Below, piece after piece: positions 23,219-24,000 of a DNA stretch of 24,000 nucleotides. Below the pieces are notes generated by a model. That model searched no databases, was not told the DNA's origin, and saw only the letters and a program-made list of their open reading frames with translations. Numbering within the stretch: position 1 is the stretch's first letter; each line of letters opens with the position of its first letter. The stretch comes from Promethearchaeia archaeon (GTDB lineage Archaea > Asgardarchaeota > Lokiarchaeia > Sigyniarchaeales > SOKP01): assembly GCA_046497275.1 (NCBI GenBank), contig JAWOFX010000064.1:52-24051 (forward strand), read 5' to 3'. The translations under genes and the position numbers were made by a program.

Positions 23219-24000
23219 TTAAATCTTTTTCACTCCACTTTTATTTATTTTAATCTTGAAAAATTGAGCATTTCGAAGTTCATCAATTATTTCTAAAGGA
23301 TAATTGGGAAACTGAGACTTGAATCTTTGATCATCATATAAGATATCTTCCAAACTTTTTTTCCAATAATTAAATATTTGTTCCAATTTATCGGGATTCA
23401 CTAAAGCAAAAACAGATCCACCGCCGCCTGCGCCAGTAAGCTTCGCTGAATATACTTCAGGATGTTTTTGAATTAAATCTATTAAAATATTATTTGCCAA
23501 ACCTATACCATATTTGAATCCAGCTCTTTCCATTATATCATTCATTATTTTTGTATTTTCTTTAAAAAATTGTCCTAATCTCTCCCAATTCTTTTCCATT
23601 ATCGCAAACCGGGATTTCCATGCGATTTGTGCTAATTTTTCATAATTTTTTATGAGATTTTCATTATTAGATAAATATAGATCTCTTAATTTCTTATGAA
23701 CATTTCCACTTTCATGGATGGACCCAGAAAAACAAATAATGATCGGTAATGAGTTTATTTCGTAAATACCATCAATTCTATCATAGACAGCTAAAGGCTC
23801 ATGTTTTATCTTTTTATGATATAATTTTCCGTTATAAGAGCAGAAAGATAGTCCTCCTCTGGAAATCACATAACGATCACTATAACCCGCTGTAATCTTG
23901 AGATCTTTATCTTCAACTTTAGTACATATTTCCGCTAACGTATCTTTATTTATTGGTATATCTTTTTCTTTTAATCCATTCAATTTATTAATAAAATTAT
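23219..24000 (-). CDS. GHMP-family kinase, sugar-1-kinase-like subgroup; 5' end lies beyond the window
   Basis: GHMP motif 3 is KLTGAGGGGSVFALV. AGYSDRYVISRGGLSF resembles the G-x-QD-[RQ]-x-x-x-x-x-GG segment of the HddA/fucokinase/glucuronokinase group. The frame stays open to position 24000, and the N-terminal ATP motif (PxGSGLGSS) is absent, so the gene is truncated by the window. Confidence 0.65.
   Translation of the reverse strand, partial: NFINKLNGLKEKDIPINKDTLAEICTKVEDKDLKITAGYSDRYVISRGGLSFCSYNGKLYHKKIKHEPLAVYDRIDGIYEINSLPIIICFSGSIHESGNVHKKLRDLYLSNNENLIKNYEKLAQIAWKSRFAIMEKNWERLGQFFKENTKIMNDIMERAGFKYGIGLANNILIDLIQKHPEVYSAKLTGAGGGGSVFALVNPDKLEQIFNYWKKSLEDILYDDQRFKSQFPNYPLEIIDELRNAQFFKIKINKSGVKKI

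Noticed and set aside
1-24000. Checked for CRISPR arrays, rRNA, IS elements/transposases, integrases and long (>50 nt) direct repeats
   Set aside because: Reading both strands turned up none. The only repeats found are the short ones listed. A computational self-dot-plot would be needed to exclude diverged long repeats.

Overview
This is a very AT-rich archaeal chromosomal segment. Archaeal identity rests on TFB, ABCE1/Rli1, archaeosine tRNA-guanine transglycosylase, class I LysRS, a Fap7/AK6-type kinase, a Trm5/Tyw2-family methyltransferase, BRE/TATA-like promoter elements (recurrent AAA[GA]GTTTAAA) and oligo-T terminators. A Roadblock/LC7 gene next to very large orphan proteins is reminiscent of Asgard (Loki-type) genomes, but taxonomy cannot be established from this window. 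I can support 23 protein-coding genes (one truncated by the window end), one candidate 21-codon leader ORF and 2 tRNAs (Arg-TCT, Ile-GAT). I saw no CRISPR array, rRNA, transposase or integrase. Roughly 8.7-24 kb is mostly housekeeping: a tRNA-modification operon, translation factors and glycolysis. Five items stand out. (1) 2528-7236 holds a translationally coupled (ATGA overlap) pair of 773-aa and 796-aa proteins that are extremely K/E/I/N-rich, apparently mostly helical, and carry no motif I recognise. Roadblock/LC7 flanks them on one side; a small 2-TM protein, a PD-(D/E)XK nuclease and tRNA-Arg flank the other. This is the best candidate for an undescribed system. (2) A 21-codon ORF with five alternating Trp codons (FWCWQWPWRWQ), a hairpin and an oligo-T tract lie directly upstream of a stand-alone trpB2, suggesting a Trp-sensing leader/attenuator in an archaeon. 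(3) A DUF371-like gene is locked by overlapping stop/start codons between ArcTGT and Trm5. (4) There is an orphan Flp-type (G-XXXX-EY) pilin gene. (5) The Roadblock gene has no ATG/GTG/TTG start available. All functional calls come from motif recognition by eye; no database search was run.
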